From Salisapilia sapeloensis CBS 127946 (taxonomy: Eukaryota > Protista > Oomycota): 64,000 nucleotides of DNA. The notes beneath the pieces are model-generated. The model worked only from the letters and a program-made list of their open reading frames with translations. It did no database searches and was not told the origin of the DNA. The translations under genes were made by a program, and so were the position numbers. Shown one piece after another: positions 42,701 through 54,080 of this stretch. The stretch is from the NCBI GenBank assembly GCA_023334545.1, contig JAADVB010000040.1, positions 36,880 through 100,879 on the forward strand. The letters are read 5' to 3'. Position 1 is the stretch's first letter. Each line of letters starts with the position of its first letter.

Positions 42701-45700
42701 GATGAGCTCATTAATAAGCACTGGGTACCATTTCTTCGAACCGCTGCGAATGGTGAAAGCATTGCCATGTCAGAGCAGAGCAACCCGCTCACGATCCTCA
42801 CGGATGACGCTGAAATTGCGCAGTGGAACACTCAAAAGCTTCCTTCAGATCGCGTTTCGACTGAAAACGGTGCGATCGTTGTGACGACTGTGTCCATGGG
42901 CAGACGTCCGCTTATTATTGATCCTCAACTCCAAGCCATCGCTTGGATTCGAGAGATGGAGGCTCATAACAATTTGATCATCGTACGTGTCGGTCAGAAG
43001 ATGTGGATTGAGAAACTCAAGACAGCGATCGGCACCGATGGTGCGTTCTTAATTGAGAATCTAGGCGAGAAGATCGATCCGATCCTTGCTCCTGTCATCC
43101 AACGCTCGACCTCCAAACGAGGGGCGCGGTATGAAATCCAGATTGGAGATGCCGCTGTACCGTACAATGACAATTTCCATCTGTACTTGCACACCAAGTT
43201 GGGTAACCCGCACTACCCGCCTGAGATCCAAGCTGAGTGTACGATTGTCAACTTTACGGTGACAGCACTCGGCTTAGAAGATCAGCTTTTGAATCTTACG
43301 GTGTCGACAGAACGAGCGGATTTGGCAGAGAAGAGAGAACGCTTGATCCAGGAGCAGAACCAGGGTAAGATTGAGTTGAAGAAACTCGAAGACGATATTC
43401 TCTTCTACCTCGCGAGTGCAGACGATGATATCACGAACAACCAGCCTTTGATCCAAATTCTCAGTAGCACAAAGCAAAAGGCTCAAATTACTCAGAATAA
43501 CATGGAAGCAGCAAAGGAGACGCAAGTGAGTGTCAATGTTACGAGTGAAAAATATCGGAGTATCGCTGCAAGAGGTTCTTTGCTCTTCTTCCTGATGAAT
43601 GACATCAGCAAAGTTCACTCGTACTATATCTACTCCCTCGCTTCTTTCCAACAGGTCTTCCTCTCTGGTATATACAAAGCACCAGCACTTGCGAAAGAAA
43701 ATGATTTCATGGCACCTCCAGCTGGAGATGGAGAAGAGGCAACGGAAGGTGGGGAAGTTGTTGACCAAGGTGACGATGAAGAAGCTCCAGCGGCAGAAGA
43801 AGCACCAGAGTTCTCGGATGAAGAAATGGCTGCTCGTTGTGTTGTTTTGACGGAAAGCATCACGAATTGCGTCTACAACTACGTCCGTCGAGGACTCTTT
43901 GAGCGAGATAAACTGACGGTTGCAACTATGCTCTGTTTGCGGATCCTTTTGAAAGACGGACTGCTCGTGGAGTCAGAGGTGGAGCATTTGCTAATCAGCA
44001 AATCGCATCCAGATGCAGGAAATGCGGGCAGTGCATCTGACTGGCTTCCTGTGGTACTATGGAGCAAAGTGAAGGCGTTGGAAGGGCTTAAGTGCTTTAC
44101 CGGATTGGGTGACTCGATTCAAAACGACCCGGATGAATGGCGAAAGTGGTTTGCAGCCGAAGACGCTGAAAGACAAAAGCTTCCTGGTGACTTTATAAAG
44201 CTCACTGCTTTCCAAAAGATCATTTTACTGCGCGCCATGCGTCCAGATCGTGTGACGAATGCCCTGCGTACGTTTATTCTAGAAAGTCTTGGCGAAGAGT
44301 ACGTTTCACAACCACCGTTTGATATGGAGGCGACGTACGACGAGACGAACTCTTCCATTCCTGTCTTCTTTGTGCTCTTCCCAGGTGTCGATCCGACGCC
44401 ATGGGTCGAAAAGCTTGGTAGGTCTAAAGGCGTGAGTGTGGATCATGGGAACTTTATCAATATCTCCATGGGTCAAGGACAAGAAGCGTATGCCGGTGAG
44501 TCGCTGAAGAAGTTGAGCGTGGAAGGCGGCTGGATCATCCTTCAGAATGTCCATCTCATGCAGTCTTGGCTACCGACGCTGGAGAGACAGCTTGAAGAGG
44601 TCGCAACGGAAGGAGTGCACGACAACTTCCGCTGCTTCATCTCAGGCGAACCGCCACCGTTGCCAGACATGCTGAATATCCCGGAGAGTCTCATGCAAGG
44701 CTGCATCAAGGTTGCTAATGAGGCACCGGCTGACATTCAGTCTAACTTGAGACGAGCATGGGCCAACTTTAGTGAAGACCGTATCCAGGGATGCACCAAG
44801 CCATCGGAAGCTAAGGCTTGTCTATTTGGATTGTGCTGGTTCCACGCTATTGTCCTTGGAAGACGACGATTCGGCCAACAAGGATGGAGTCGAGCGTATA
44901 GTTTCAACACGGGTGATCTAACGATCTGTGCTGACATTCTCTTCTCGTACTTGGACAATACGCCAACGGTGCCATGGGATGATCTACGATACCTCTTTGG
45001 TGAAATTATGTACGGAGGGCATATCACCGATTCATGGGATCGTCGGACGAACAACACATATCTGAGCGTATTGATTAATCCAGGGCTGATGAATGGCATG
45101 GAGCTTGGACCTGGATTCAAGTCTCCGAACCCAGAAGAGTTTGACTTCCAAGGGTACGCAAACTACATTGAAAAGGATATGGTCGCGGAAGCGCCTCCGC
45201 TCTTTGGATTGCACCCAAATGCTGAAATCGGTTACTTGACGACAACGTGCGAGACGCTGTGCTATACGATCGTGACGATCGGAGGTGGTGCCGCAGGTGG
45301 AGATGGCGGAGGTGATAAGGCCTCGTTCCTCAAGGCTGCGATTGATGAGTTTGAAGGACGTTGCCCAGAGTTCTTTAATATGATTGAAGTGACTGAAGTC
45401 GCTACGCCGTTGCTGACGGAGGAGCATGGTCCGTTTGTTGTGGTTGCTCTGCAAGAGTGCAGTCGAATGAATGTGTTGCTGGAGGAGATTAAAACGTCCT
45501 TGGGTGATCTGAAGAAAGGTCTAAATGGCCAGCTCAATATGTCACAGGCGATGGAAGACTTGGCTATTGCGATCTCTCTGAACGAAGTGCCTGGTCGGAA
45601 TCCATTCTCCCAGTGTAAATGGGAGAAGAAAGCATGGCCGTCGAAAAAGTCACTTAGTGGGTGGTTCACCGACATGGTAAAGAGGCACGAACAGCTACTT

Positions 45701-46255
45701 TCCTGGTCGACGGACTTTGTAACTCCCTTCTCGATCTGGCTGCCTGGACTGTTTAACCCAACAGCATACACGACAGCGTGTTTGCAAGTGACATCTCGAA
45801 AAAAGTTTATGCCACTCAACCAAATGACGGTCGAGACACACGTAACGACGCTCCAGGATGCTTCCCAAGTCACGTTCTATCCGGATGATGGTGTATTTAT
45901 GCATGGACTGATACTAGAGGGTGCGAGGTGGAGCACCTTGGATGAAGTGACGGAACGTTACAAAGTCGGTGAAAACCCATCGACTGAGTGTGGCGGTACG
46001 TTGCTAGACAGTAATCCGAAGGAGCTCTTGTGGGATATGCCAGTGATGTACGTCAAGGCTGTGCAAACGCAGCCACAGTGGGAACCTTCGTCTGTCGGAT
46101 ACTTGCGCCATGACCCGAACGTGTACGAGTGTCCAGTGTATCTGACGCGTTTCCGAGGTCCAACGTATATATTCTTGGCAACACTTCCGACAGAATGTGG
46201 ACGAGAGAAGTGGGTATTGAGAGGTGTAGCATTACTCTTCCAAGACGACAATTAA
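33780..46255 (+). CDS. ODA11: Axonemal outer-arm dynein heavy chain, alpha type (kelch repeats + IPT/filamin-like Ig + motor), ~4140 aa; exons 33780-33782 (ATG only) and 33836-46255
   Basis: Six kelch-like repeats (RSGHS, RWRHSA, RGAHSA, RSGHQ, WNHSM, RSDTD); IPT- and filamin-like segments; P-loops GPAGTGKTET, GPPSCGKT, GPAGTGKT, GVGGSGKRS; stalk and C-terminal domains. A 53-nt intron 33783-33835 (GTAGGT..CTAAC..CAG) is in frame. An N-terminal kelch domain is the known hallmark of Chlamydomonas ODA alpha HC orthologues. Confidence 0.92.
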
Positions 46256-46287
46256 TGAAAAATATATACTTTAAGAAATGAGAAAGC

Positions 46288-47040
46288 TTAGGCTCTAGGC
46301 ACTGGCAGACCCGGCGAATTCGAGCCGTAGATGGACTGCATTAACTCGTATAAATGCTCTCGGAGTTGGTCATTTTGCATGCGCATCGTATCCACGATTT
46401 CCTGGCTGCGTTCGAGCATGAGTTTCTTACGAAGCCGCGCTCGTCTCGCGTGTAGTCGATTCCGTTCACGACGGAGCTGTTCTCGCTCGTCCTTTGTCTG
46501 TAGCCAATGATCGTCCGGAATGCTCACGCTGGCAGGAAGGGGTAATTGCTGCGAAGTAAGTGCGTCAACCGTCTCGGGCACATCGAGACTTTCGCTCGTA
46601 AAGTCGCTACCGTCAAAATATTTTCGCGATGCTGCAGCAGTGGCAGAGAAATATGGTTCGATCTTGGTAAGCTGCGATGCCATATTTTCATGTTGCGCCG
46701 TCTGCGAAAGACTGAGAAGGCAGATCGCAGTGGAATGGAACTCGAATGACTGCTTTAAAGCTGCATGCTCTGCCTTCAGCGCCAGGATGCGACCTTTCAA
46801 CGTTTCGAGTAGCTCTCTCTTGCGCGTGCGAGTGCGTTGGGCGTGTACACGATTCCGTTCTCGGCTAACACGCACCTTGGTTTCGTCAAAGTCTGTGTCT
46901 AGCTTGGCTCGTTTCAAGTCTTTTTTCACCGGAGACGAAGACGGGAAGTAATTCGACGGGAAGGCTTCTTCCACGCCTGTGGGCGTACGTAGCTCGTGCC
47001 ATACTTGCCATGGAGCGGATGGTTGGTAGGAAGAGCGCAT
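46288..47040 (-). CDS. Transcription factor with two bZIP domains (~250 aa from ATG 47040; 5' end uncertain)
   Basis: RERNRVHAQRTRTRKRELLETLKGRILALKAEHAAL and RRERNRLHARRARLRKKLMLERSQEIVDTMRMQNDQL; both have N-x7-R followed by heptad repeats. Confidence 0.85.
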   Translation of the reverse strand: MRSSYQPSAPWQVWHELRTPTGVEEAFPSNYFPSSSPVKKDLKRAKLDTDFDETKVRVSRERNRVHAQRTRTRKRELLETLKGRILALKAEHAALKQSFEFHSTAICLLSLSQTAQHENMASQLTKIEPYFSATAAASRKYFDGSDFTSESLDVPETVDALTSQQLPLPASVSIPDDHWLQTKDEREQLRRERNRLHARRARLRKKLMLERSQEIVDTMRMQNDQLREHLYELMQSIYGSNSPGLPVPRA

Positions 47041-47292
47041 ACTTGGCGGATCTGGAAATGAACCTCCCACGTCAGCACGTGCGTAGCAAAGATACTTGGG
47101 TGCTTTTTCTGTGACCGTTCAAGCTATGCCATAGTAAAACCAAGTCAAACAGGATATCTTTAGGTCGCTTAAAGATCTGGCAGAGGGCGGGATCGCAGAC
47201 ACATACTGCGACTCGGATCCCTTTTATGGGATATGTCCAGTGATAAGCAGGATAGACACTCACGAGGTTTAATGTTGAATGGAATGGTTTGA

Positions 47293-49721
47293 TTATGTCG
47301 TTAGTTGGAAAGTAGACGTTAAAGCTGGTGCACCGCTCTCGTCCTTGACGCCGATCGCGACTGTGAACCATCCAGCCTCTGCTTGTCTTTGTAGTCCAGT
47401 GCCGACCGAGGGTAGATAGTAGCTCCAGTCCGCATAACCAAGTACAAACGCCACGTCTTTGGACTCGCCAGGACCCAGCTTGATCTTGGTAAATTTCTTT
47501 AGCATCTTCTGCTCTGGCACATGCACTCGTCTCGCATGCTGAGACAAGAACAAGAGTACCACTTCTTTTCCTGCCACAGATCCTGTGTTCCGAATCGTCA
47601 GCATGACCTTTAGATCACTATGCATATCCACTTTTGGCGTACTCAATCGCAAGTTCGAGTACTCGAATGTAGAGTAGCTGAGACCATGGCCAAAACTCCA
47701 CTCGGTCTCGCACTCGTCAAAGGTCGGACACATGGTGTTGACTAGATGAAAGTACGGCAGGAGCTGCGTACTGTGCTTTGGATACGTGAGTGGTAATTTT
47801 CCAGATGGATTCGATCGACCCAAGAGGACATTTGCGATGGCTTCTCCGCCTTGCTCACAAGGAAGGAAGCTGGCGACTGCAGCATGAACATCTGCATGTG
47901 CTTCATTTAGCAGTCGAGGACGTCCGGAAACGAGTACTAGAATGACTTTGGTGGTAGATATAGAACTAAGAGCTTTCAAGTACTCGAGCTGGCCTTGTGC
48001 GAGGGACAAGTCGGTGATATCTCCTCGCTTCTCTGCGTAAATGTCTTCTCCCAATGCTACGATCGTGTATTCGCTTTGAGATGCCAATTCATACGCTTTT
48101 TCAAACGTATCGGGTGATCCAACTCCTTTAATGTCTACACCTTCCAGGTACGACACGTCCAGTCGATCGGATTCATCTTCCAATGCTTGCTTGAGTGTCT
48201 TTCCATGGGGAAAGTTGGATGAGTTGGAAGAGCCTTGCCAATACACAGACCAGCCTCCACACATATATCCCTTGTTGTCTGCCAAAGGACCTGTTAAAAA
48301 TACTTTGGATGGCTTATGAGGGTCCAGAGGGAGCGTCTTCTTATCATTCTCAAGCAAGATGACGGACTCGGTGGCGAGCTCAAGAGAGGTTCTCTGGTCG
48401 ACATCACTACCCACTGGATCCTCATCCTCCGTCGTCTCCTCTTTGAAGAGACCGAGATTTTGTTTGAGCTTTAAAATGCGTTTGACTGACTCATCTAGTC
48501 TACTCTCTGGTACGATTCCTTTCTGCACGAGCTTTTCTACCGTGTCAAGGTAGTCATAGACCCTAGGACCCATGTTGATGTCTAATGACGTCTGCATAAA
48601 AGACACTTCGACTGCCTCTGGAACAGATGACACGAGGTGGTGTTCAAAATACATCCGATCGACTTCGGCATCATCTGATACGAGCAAACCTTGGAATTGC
48701 ATGTCATTGCGTAAAAGGTCTGTCAGGATCTTGTGACTGGCAATGACAGGCATGCCGTTCACGGAGATATACGTCTCCATGGCTGTCTCAACGCCAGCAT
48801 TTACGGCTGAAATGAAAGATGGCGCATAGTAGTTCAGCAGCTCAAAATCAGTAATGACGTTATCAGCTCGATCGAGTCCAGACGTCGGGTTTGAGTACCC
48901 GATAAAGTGTTTCATGCAAGCGGCTACTTTACCAGAGCTTTGGATGCCACGGATAATATGGTCTGCCATGACCGAAACTACATACGGATCTTCCCCAAAC
49001 GTTTCGTAGACGCGAGACCATTTGGGCTGGACAGATATACCTAACACGGGACTGAAGATCCATGGGGTTCCAGCTGCAAGTGTGTCTTTAGCTTCGATCC
49101 GACCAACTTCATAGACGAGATCGGGGTTGAACGAGGATGCTGCAGCAAGAGGCTGTGGGAATATAGTAGCATTACGGACGTAGTTGGCTCCATGGATAGT
49201 GTCGACGGCGTGGACGATGGGCGTCTTGCTATGCTTTTTGTAGATTGCTTTGATCTGGCTTAAGACGTCATTCCATTCGTCTGCTGTCCATAAAATGTAT
49301 CCGTCCGTAGGAGCTGGAAAGGGAGAGTTAAAGATTGAGCCGATGCCGAGCTTGGCATAGGTTTCTGTGGTCGTTTCGTTCAGAGCTGTCTTGGGGTCCC
49401 GCGTGCCTGGATTCAGCATCGATGAGATATCCAACTGCGTCATCTGTGCTATCTTTTCACGCAAAGTCTATATAAAAGTAATTAGCATTATTAGATTGAT
49501 TAAACTAGCAGAAGAGATAGAAGGACCATGCTCGAGACGAGAAGATCTAGATCATAGCTCTCTAGATTATGCTCTATGCTATCCGGTGAACCGAAAGAAG
49601 TCAAGTCGTTAACTAGAGAGTTATAGACACTATCTCTAGACCCATTCCTCTTCAGCCCTATGCAATAGCTCTGCTTAAAGCAGCTTATCGCGAGGAGCAA
49701 GGCAATACAGCGCTCGATCAT
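47293..49721 (-). CDS. Secreted GH3 beta-glucosidase (789 aa; exons 49721-49527, 49467-47293) with C-terminal FnIII-like domain
   Basis: Signal peptide MIERCIALLLAISCF; a 59-nt intron 49468-49526 joins LVSSM|TLREKIAQM; DTIHG, QPKWSRVYETFGEDP, ACMKHFIGY, GLLVSDD (nucleophile Asp), ALGEDIYAE, FGHGLSYSTF, GKEVVLLF. Confidence 0.94.
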
Positions 49722-49776
49722 GCGTATCTTGGGCGGTTTGATGCTGATGGAGGAAGTTTGCGCAATCCACACGACG

Positions 49777-49815
49777 TCGGATTGGTGGAAACTTCGTACG
49801 GCGTGAACGATTGGC
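49777..49815. promoter_or_regulatory. Two CCAAT boxes in the 154-nt bidirectional promoter shared by GH3 and ILV6
   Basis: GATTGGT (~49780) and GATTGGC (49809-49815) lie between divergent ATGs at 49721 and 49876. Confidence 0.45.
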
Positions 49816-49875
49816 GGAAACTTTCTTGTGGCCGGCCCCGCTATGCAACCGGAATTTGTATTTTCAACTGGAGCC

Positions 49876-50716
49876 ATGTTGCGCAGGTCGATCGCAACGG
49901 CACTGCGCTCCTCTGCATCATCGAGGAGCTCTCCTGTTTCGACTGGTATTGCTGCCAGTGGAAAAAGATGGTTTAGCAGCGGAGAACAGAGTCGACGTCA
50001 TGTTATCGCTGCGCTGGTGGTGAACCAGCCAGGGTGTCTGGCTGAAATGGCCAACTTGTTTGCGGCCAGAGGTCGGTCTTGATTGCTTAGCACGTGCTCG
50101 GATACGTATTGATGGTGGTTCTGTATGTAGGGTACAATATCGACAGTCTCGTTGTTGGTCGCACGGAAGTGGAGGAATTGTCTCGAATGACCGTCGTGGT
50201 CAATGGCACCGACCGAAGTGTTGCTAACGTACGATTTACTACTATAGATACATGAAGGACACTTTGCTAATTATGCTTGTTTTCTAGATGAAAAAGCAAT
50301 TGGAGGATGTGGTGCACGTTGCTGTCGTGAACATCTTGAGCAGCGGCAATGAGCAGGATGAGAACTATGTCGAGCGCGATCTGATGCTCGCAAAGGTAGC
50401 CACGGACAAGCCTGGTGCACGCTCAGAAGTGGTCGAATTGGCCAACCTCTTTGATGCCAAGGTTATCGACGTCCGACCGCATCAGACGATGATCCAGCTG
50501 GCCGGCACGCCAGGTCGCATCGAAGCGTTCTTGGACTTGCTGAAGCCTCTTGGAATCATTGAGATCCATCGCAGTGGCGTCATTGCCATGGCACGCAGTG
50601 GAAGCGTGGTCGGTGAGAACTTTGATACGGCTTCGTTCGAAGGTGCGACGCGGTCGATCCTGCATGAAGATGACGAGGATCATGACTTTGATAGCTCCAA
50701 CTTGCCGCCTGGTTAA
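49876..50716 (+). CDS. ILV6: Acetolactate synthase small (regulatory) subunit, mitochondrial (240 aa; exons 49876-50071, 50131-50228, 50288-50716)
   Basis: Arg/Ser-rich transit peptide; ACT domain RHVIAALVVNQPGCLAEMANLFAARG|YNIDSLVVGRTE..SRMTVVV; ERDLMLAKV, LFDAKVIDV, QLAGTPGRIEAFL..GIIEIHRSGVIAM; two 59-nt introns. Confidence 0.94.
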
Positions 50717-51507
50717 ATGTAGACTTGAGACCTTTATAGATCTCAACAAGAAAGAGAGAATTCGTACAATGCACATCCCGTTTGCCTTAAGCATCTCGTG
50801 CTTGTAATTGATAAAATTGGATGTAGAGTGCGCATGATCCATTGATATTAAAGGAACAATAACGGAGTAATCCTCAAGTGCTCATGGAATGAGAAGGAGT
50901 CTCTGACGTAAGGATGACACATAAGCGAATCAAAACAAACTAAATTGATACTAATAAAAACAGCTAGCACAAGCCACCTCATAGCCCAAGTAGTTATACA
51001 AAATTACTAAATTCGACGAGTTTGTCAGTCCATTCATGTTATTGTACGATTCAATCTAGCTATCAACGCACGTAATATATAGAGGCGATATGTTCTTGCT
51101 CATGTATCACGTCTAGGTATATTGTTTTTATTTATGAGTGTGGTCATGTCGCCTTAATGAAAATCTTCTTCGTTAGATGGACGCTTTTGCATATCAAGCC
51201 TTCTAACACAGTCTCGCAAGATCACTCTCATCGATACTATAATAAACTGTCTGATTTGCGATTAAAGGACTTGAAAGCACGACAGTTCGCATATATAGAG
51301 CAACAAAAGGTAGCAGTCGTATGAACCGAGAGAATGGAACACATGTGCTTTGATGTCAAAGAGAAACTCGAGCGTGTATTAGAAACTATAGGCTAGCTAC
51401 TTTGTGCTTCCAAACACTTTGCGCTAAAATTGCATCGGTACTGAAACCATGGCCCATTGTTAGAGTTAAATGCATCCCTGTTCTTACACGCTGTCGCTTC
51501 ACTCCAG

Positions 51508-52536
51508 CTACTCGACTTTCGGCATGACCCAGTTTTGCTCTACAGACTCGGCAACTTTGTCCACAAACTTGTAAAAGTACGGGGCTCGAGCGAATAATGC
51601 TGGTTTATGAGCATATAGTGCTGTTCTATTGGCTAGCGACCCTGTGTTGAAAACAAGTTCGCTGCTCGTGCATGGTGAATAAACACTAATCCCGACTAAA
51701 TAATATCCATTTGAAAAAAGAGGTCCACCGTCGTCGCCGCAAGGCCCGATCGGCTTGGCATCGATACCGCTTGCACATAGTATTTCTTTTTTCGTAACAT
51801 TGATGTCTGTTCCACTGTATGCGTCTGCACACGCTTCGTTCCCATATGACCAAGACTGCATATCTCCTTGCTGAAGTTTCAGGGAAAACATGTCTCTTTC
51901 CTCAATTTTCACGGATTTAGTACCGTTTTTTCCCCAGCCTAATACCTTTGTGTAGGGATAGAAAACATACATATTATCTGTACTTGACCCCATATACATG
52001 TTTTCAGGCTGAGGAATGTCTCTTTCAAGTTCGAGAATAGCAAGGTCGCTTTCCAGGTTTCTCATCTTTGTCTCCGTGTTAAAGTCTGGGTGAATGTGCT
52101 TCTTCATTACTCTATACACCTTCGACTTAATTTGGTCAATCCGGTATTCACTCCCGATTGAGACACGTACTGTTGAATTGGTTTTGGGTAAATCAACGAC
52201 ACAATGAGCCACAGTTAGGACAGTCTTCGACCCGATCAGAACTCCAGCACATAAGACACCTTCAGATGCGACATCATAGTAACTAGCGATACTAGCAACC
52301 ATGTGAGCATAATCCGGTTCTTCCTTATTTGCACTGATGTTTTTTCCGTTCAATACCCGATTCTCCTCCGCTGCGCTCTGATTGGAATAGTCTGCGATGA
52401 AGACATGACCAATTTTATTACCAAGCCATACTTGGTCAGCGTCACTGAAATCATATGCAGCAGAGAAAGGTATTGGCGCTGAAAAGATGGAGAGGTCTAA
52501 AAAACACCATATGAAGAGGACTGAGAATCGTTCCAT
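51508..52536 (-). CDS. Secreted chymotrypsin/trypsin-fold (S1) serine protease homologue A, catalytic Ser absent, 342 aa
   Basis: Hydrophobic N-terminus; R|VLNG; CAGVLIGSKTVLTVAHC (His57), SDLAILEL (Asp102), VLGWG; CGDDGGPL in place of CQGDSGGPL; LVGISVY. Confidence 0.85.
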   Translation of the reverse strand: MERFSVLFIWCFLDLSIFSAPIPFSAAYDFSDADQVWLGNKIGHVFIADYSNQSAAEENRVLNGKNISANKEEPDYAHMVASIASYYDVASEGVLCAGVLIGSKTVLTVAHCVVDLPKTNSTVRVSIGSEYRIDQIKSKVYRVMKKHIHPDFNTETKMRNLESDLAILELERDIPQPENMYMGSSTDNMYVFYPYTKVLGWGKNGTKSVKIEERDMFSLKLQQGDMQSWSYGNEACADAYSGTDINVTKKEILCASGIDAKPIGPCGDDGGPLFSNGYYLVGISVYSPCTSSELVFNTGSLANRTALYAHKPALFARAPYFYKFVDKVAESVEQNWVMPKVE

Positions 52537-54080
52537 CTAGACGAAGTTCGTACTTGAGTTGCAAGGTAGAGTTAAAGATATGCTTCGACTCAGTAAATGA
52601 TCGAGTGACAAAAACTGACACTTAAGCTGCTCAAGTATGGCATCAACGCCGGTTTCTAATAATTTGTGTAGCTGAGATGTATTCCTGCTCTTTTATAGAA
52701 GGTTCAAGTACCGCGGATATAGCTTGCCAGCTGAGAAGATTGAGATTCATAATGAAAAATTACGCATTTGGTACCGTCGCAGATCACTGCCGTATAAAAA
52801 TAGTATCACTGGACGAACAGGCCTATACCCCCGCGTCCGTTTGTTATTCATAACTGCTCTATCCATGTCTTTTGCTGCTTTGCTTTGTTCTTCCCCCTCA
52901 TTGAAATTATATTTTATTTGCGTTGATCATACTGTAGTATGCACTTGGCACCGATGTGTTTTGTGTTATACTGCGATATATGTATTAAATAATAAACACT
53001 TTTATCACGTAAAGAACCCTTTGATCTGTGAGCTTATTGCAGTGTTATATATACGCAGAAATACAAACTTAAATGTGTAGTTTCATCATTTCTTTTCACC
53101 AAGCTACTTTCGATAAGAATCCCTTAGCTACATTTCATTACCGAGTTTACACGTGCGTCATGCAGTTTTACTTCACGCGTAAACGCTGCCTTTAAATTAT
53201 ACTACAAATTCGCTTGCTACATCATCAAGCTATTATGATCTAGACACCAAATTTTCGAATAGATATAATTGATGCAAGTTCCATCACTTGAGTCATAAGA
53301 AGTAAAAATCTGAGCTGAGCCGACTAACAAGTAACTTTTCTTTAAAAGTGTTCGCACATGAAATCTTTGGGCCATCTATCAAAGTCAAAGTATGGAAAAT
53401 AATGTAGTTAAACGCGTAAGCTCGTTAGGACTCTTCCTTTTACTCTAGCTTGTTGTCTCTAGAACTTACACACATGATATTTCTCAAGTTTACGCTTCTG
53501 GTATATTAGCAAAAAAAGCTATATTTCAGATTTGTTTTGCAGCGCTAGTTTATGCATGCTTCATCTTGCTAAAATTTTCAACTGAACCACACTGAGCGAC
53601 AAGTTGCACGCAACTTATCAAACATTCACCTTGTGATACCTTTTCGGCGTATGCTACTTCTTTTGAGCTAGCAACATGGACAATCGAGTGCTTTGGTCTG
53701 ATAAACTGTATATCATATCATCGATTATTGATAGTGGTAAATTCGGGGCTTCCATAATTAGCAGCTTTGTTGGACTCTCTTCTTTAATCACTCTGTACAA
53801 TCAAGCGGCGAAAATTTTACGAACTCGCTAGCGTGCAAGTCAATGCGAAAGCACCTATGATAAATTGCATGTAGATGTAGACTGGCCGAGTACAATGAAG
53901 ATAATACACTGAAGGAGAGCCAACCGCAGTAATACATTGACAATTAAAGGCAGTATACACTGTAGATCAAGTCAAATTGAAGGCTATAAATTTGACGCAG
54001 AACAGTGCTTGTGCTAATGTTAGCGAAACCCCGAGCACTCGTAGAAAATGCAAAATGTTTTCGCATCATCCTCTTCACCT

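Noticed and set aside
50890-50925. AAGGATGACAC match to U6 snRNA (also GAAGATTAGC at ~55694)
   Set aside because: The ACAGAGA box and AGC triad are not in the correct context; matches of 10-11 nt are expected by chance in 64 kb.
52724-53080. 118-aa ORF in the AT-rich island
   Set aside because: Non-ATG start, atypical composition (Cys/Tyr/Ile-rich, AT-driven) and no motifs; probably spurious.
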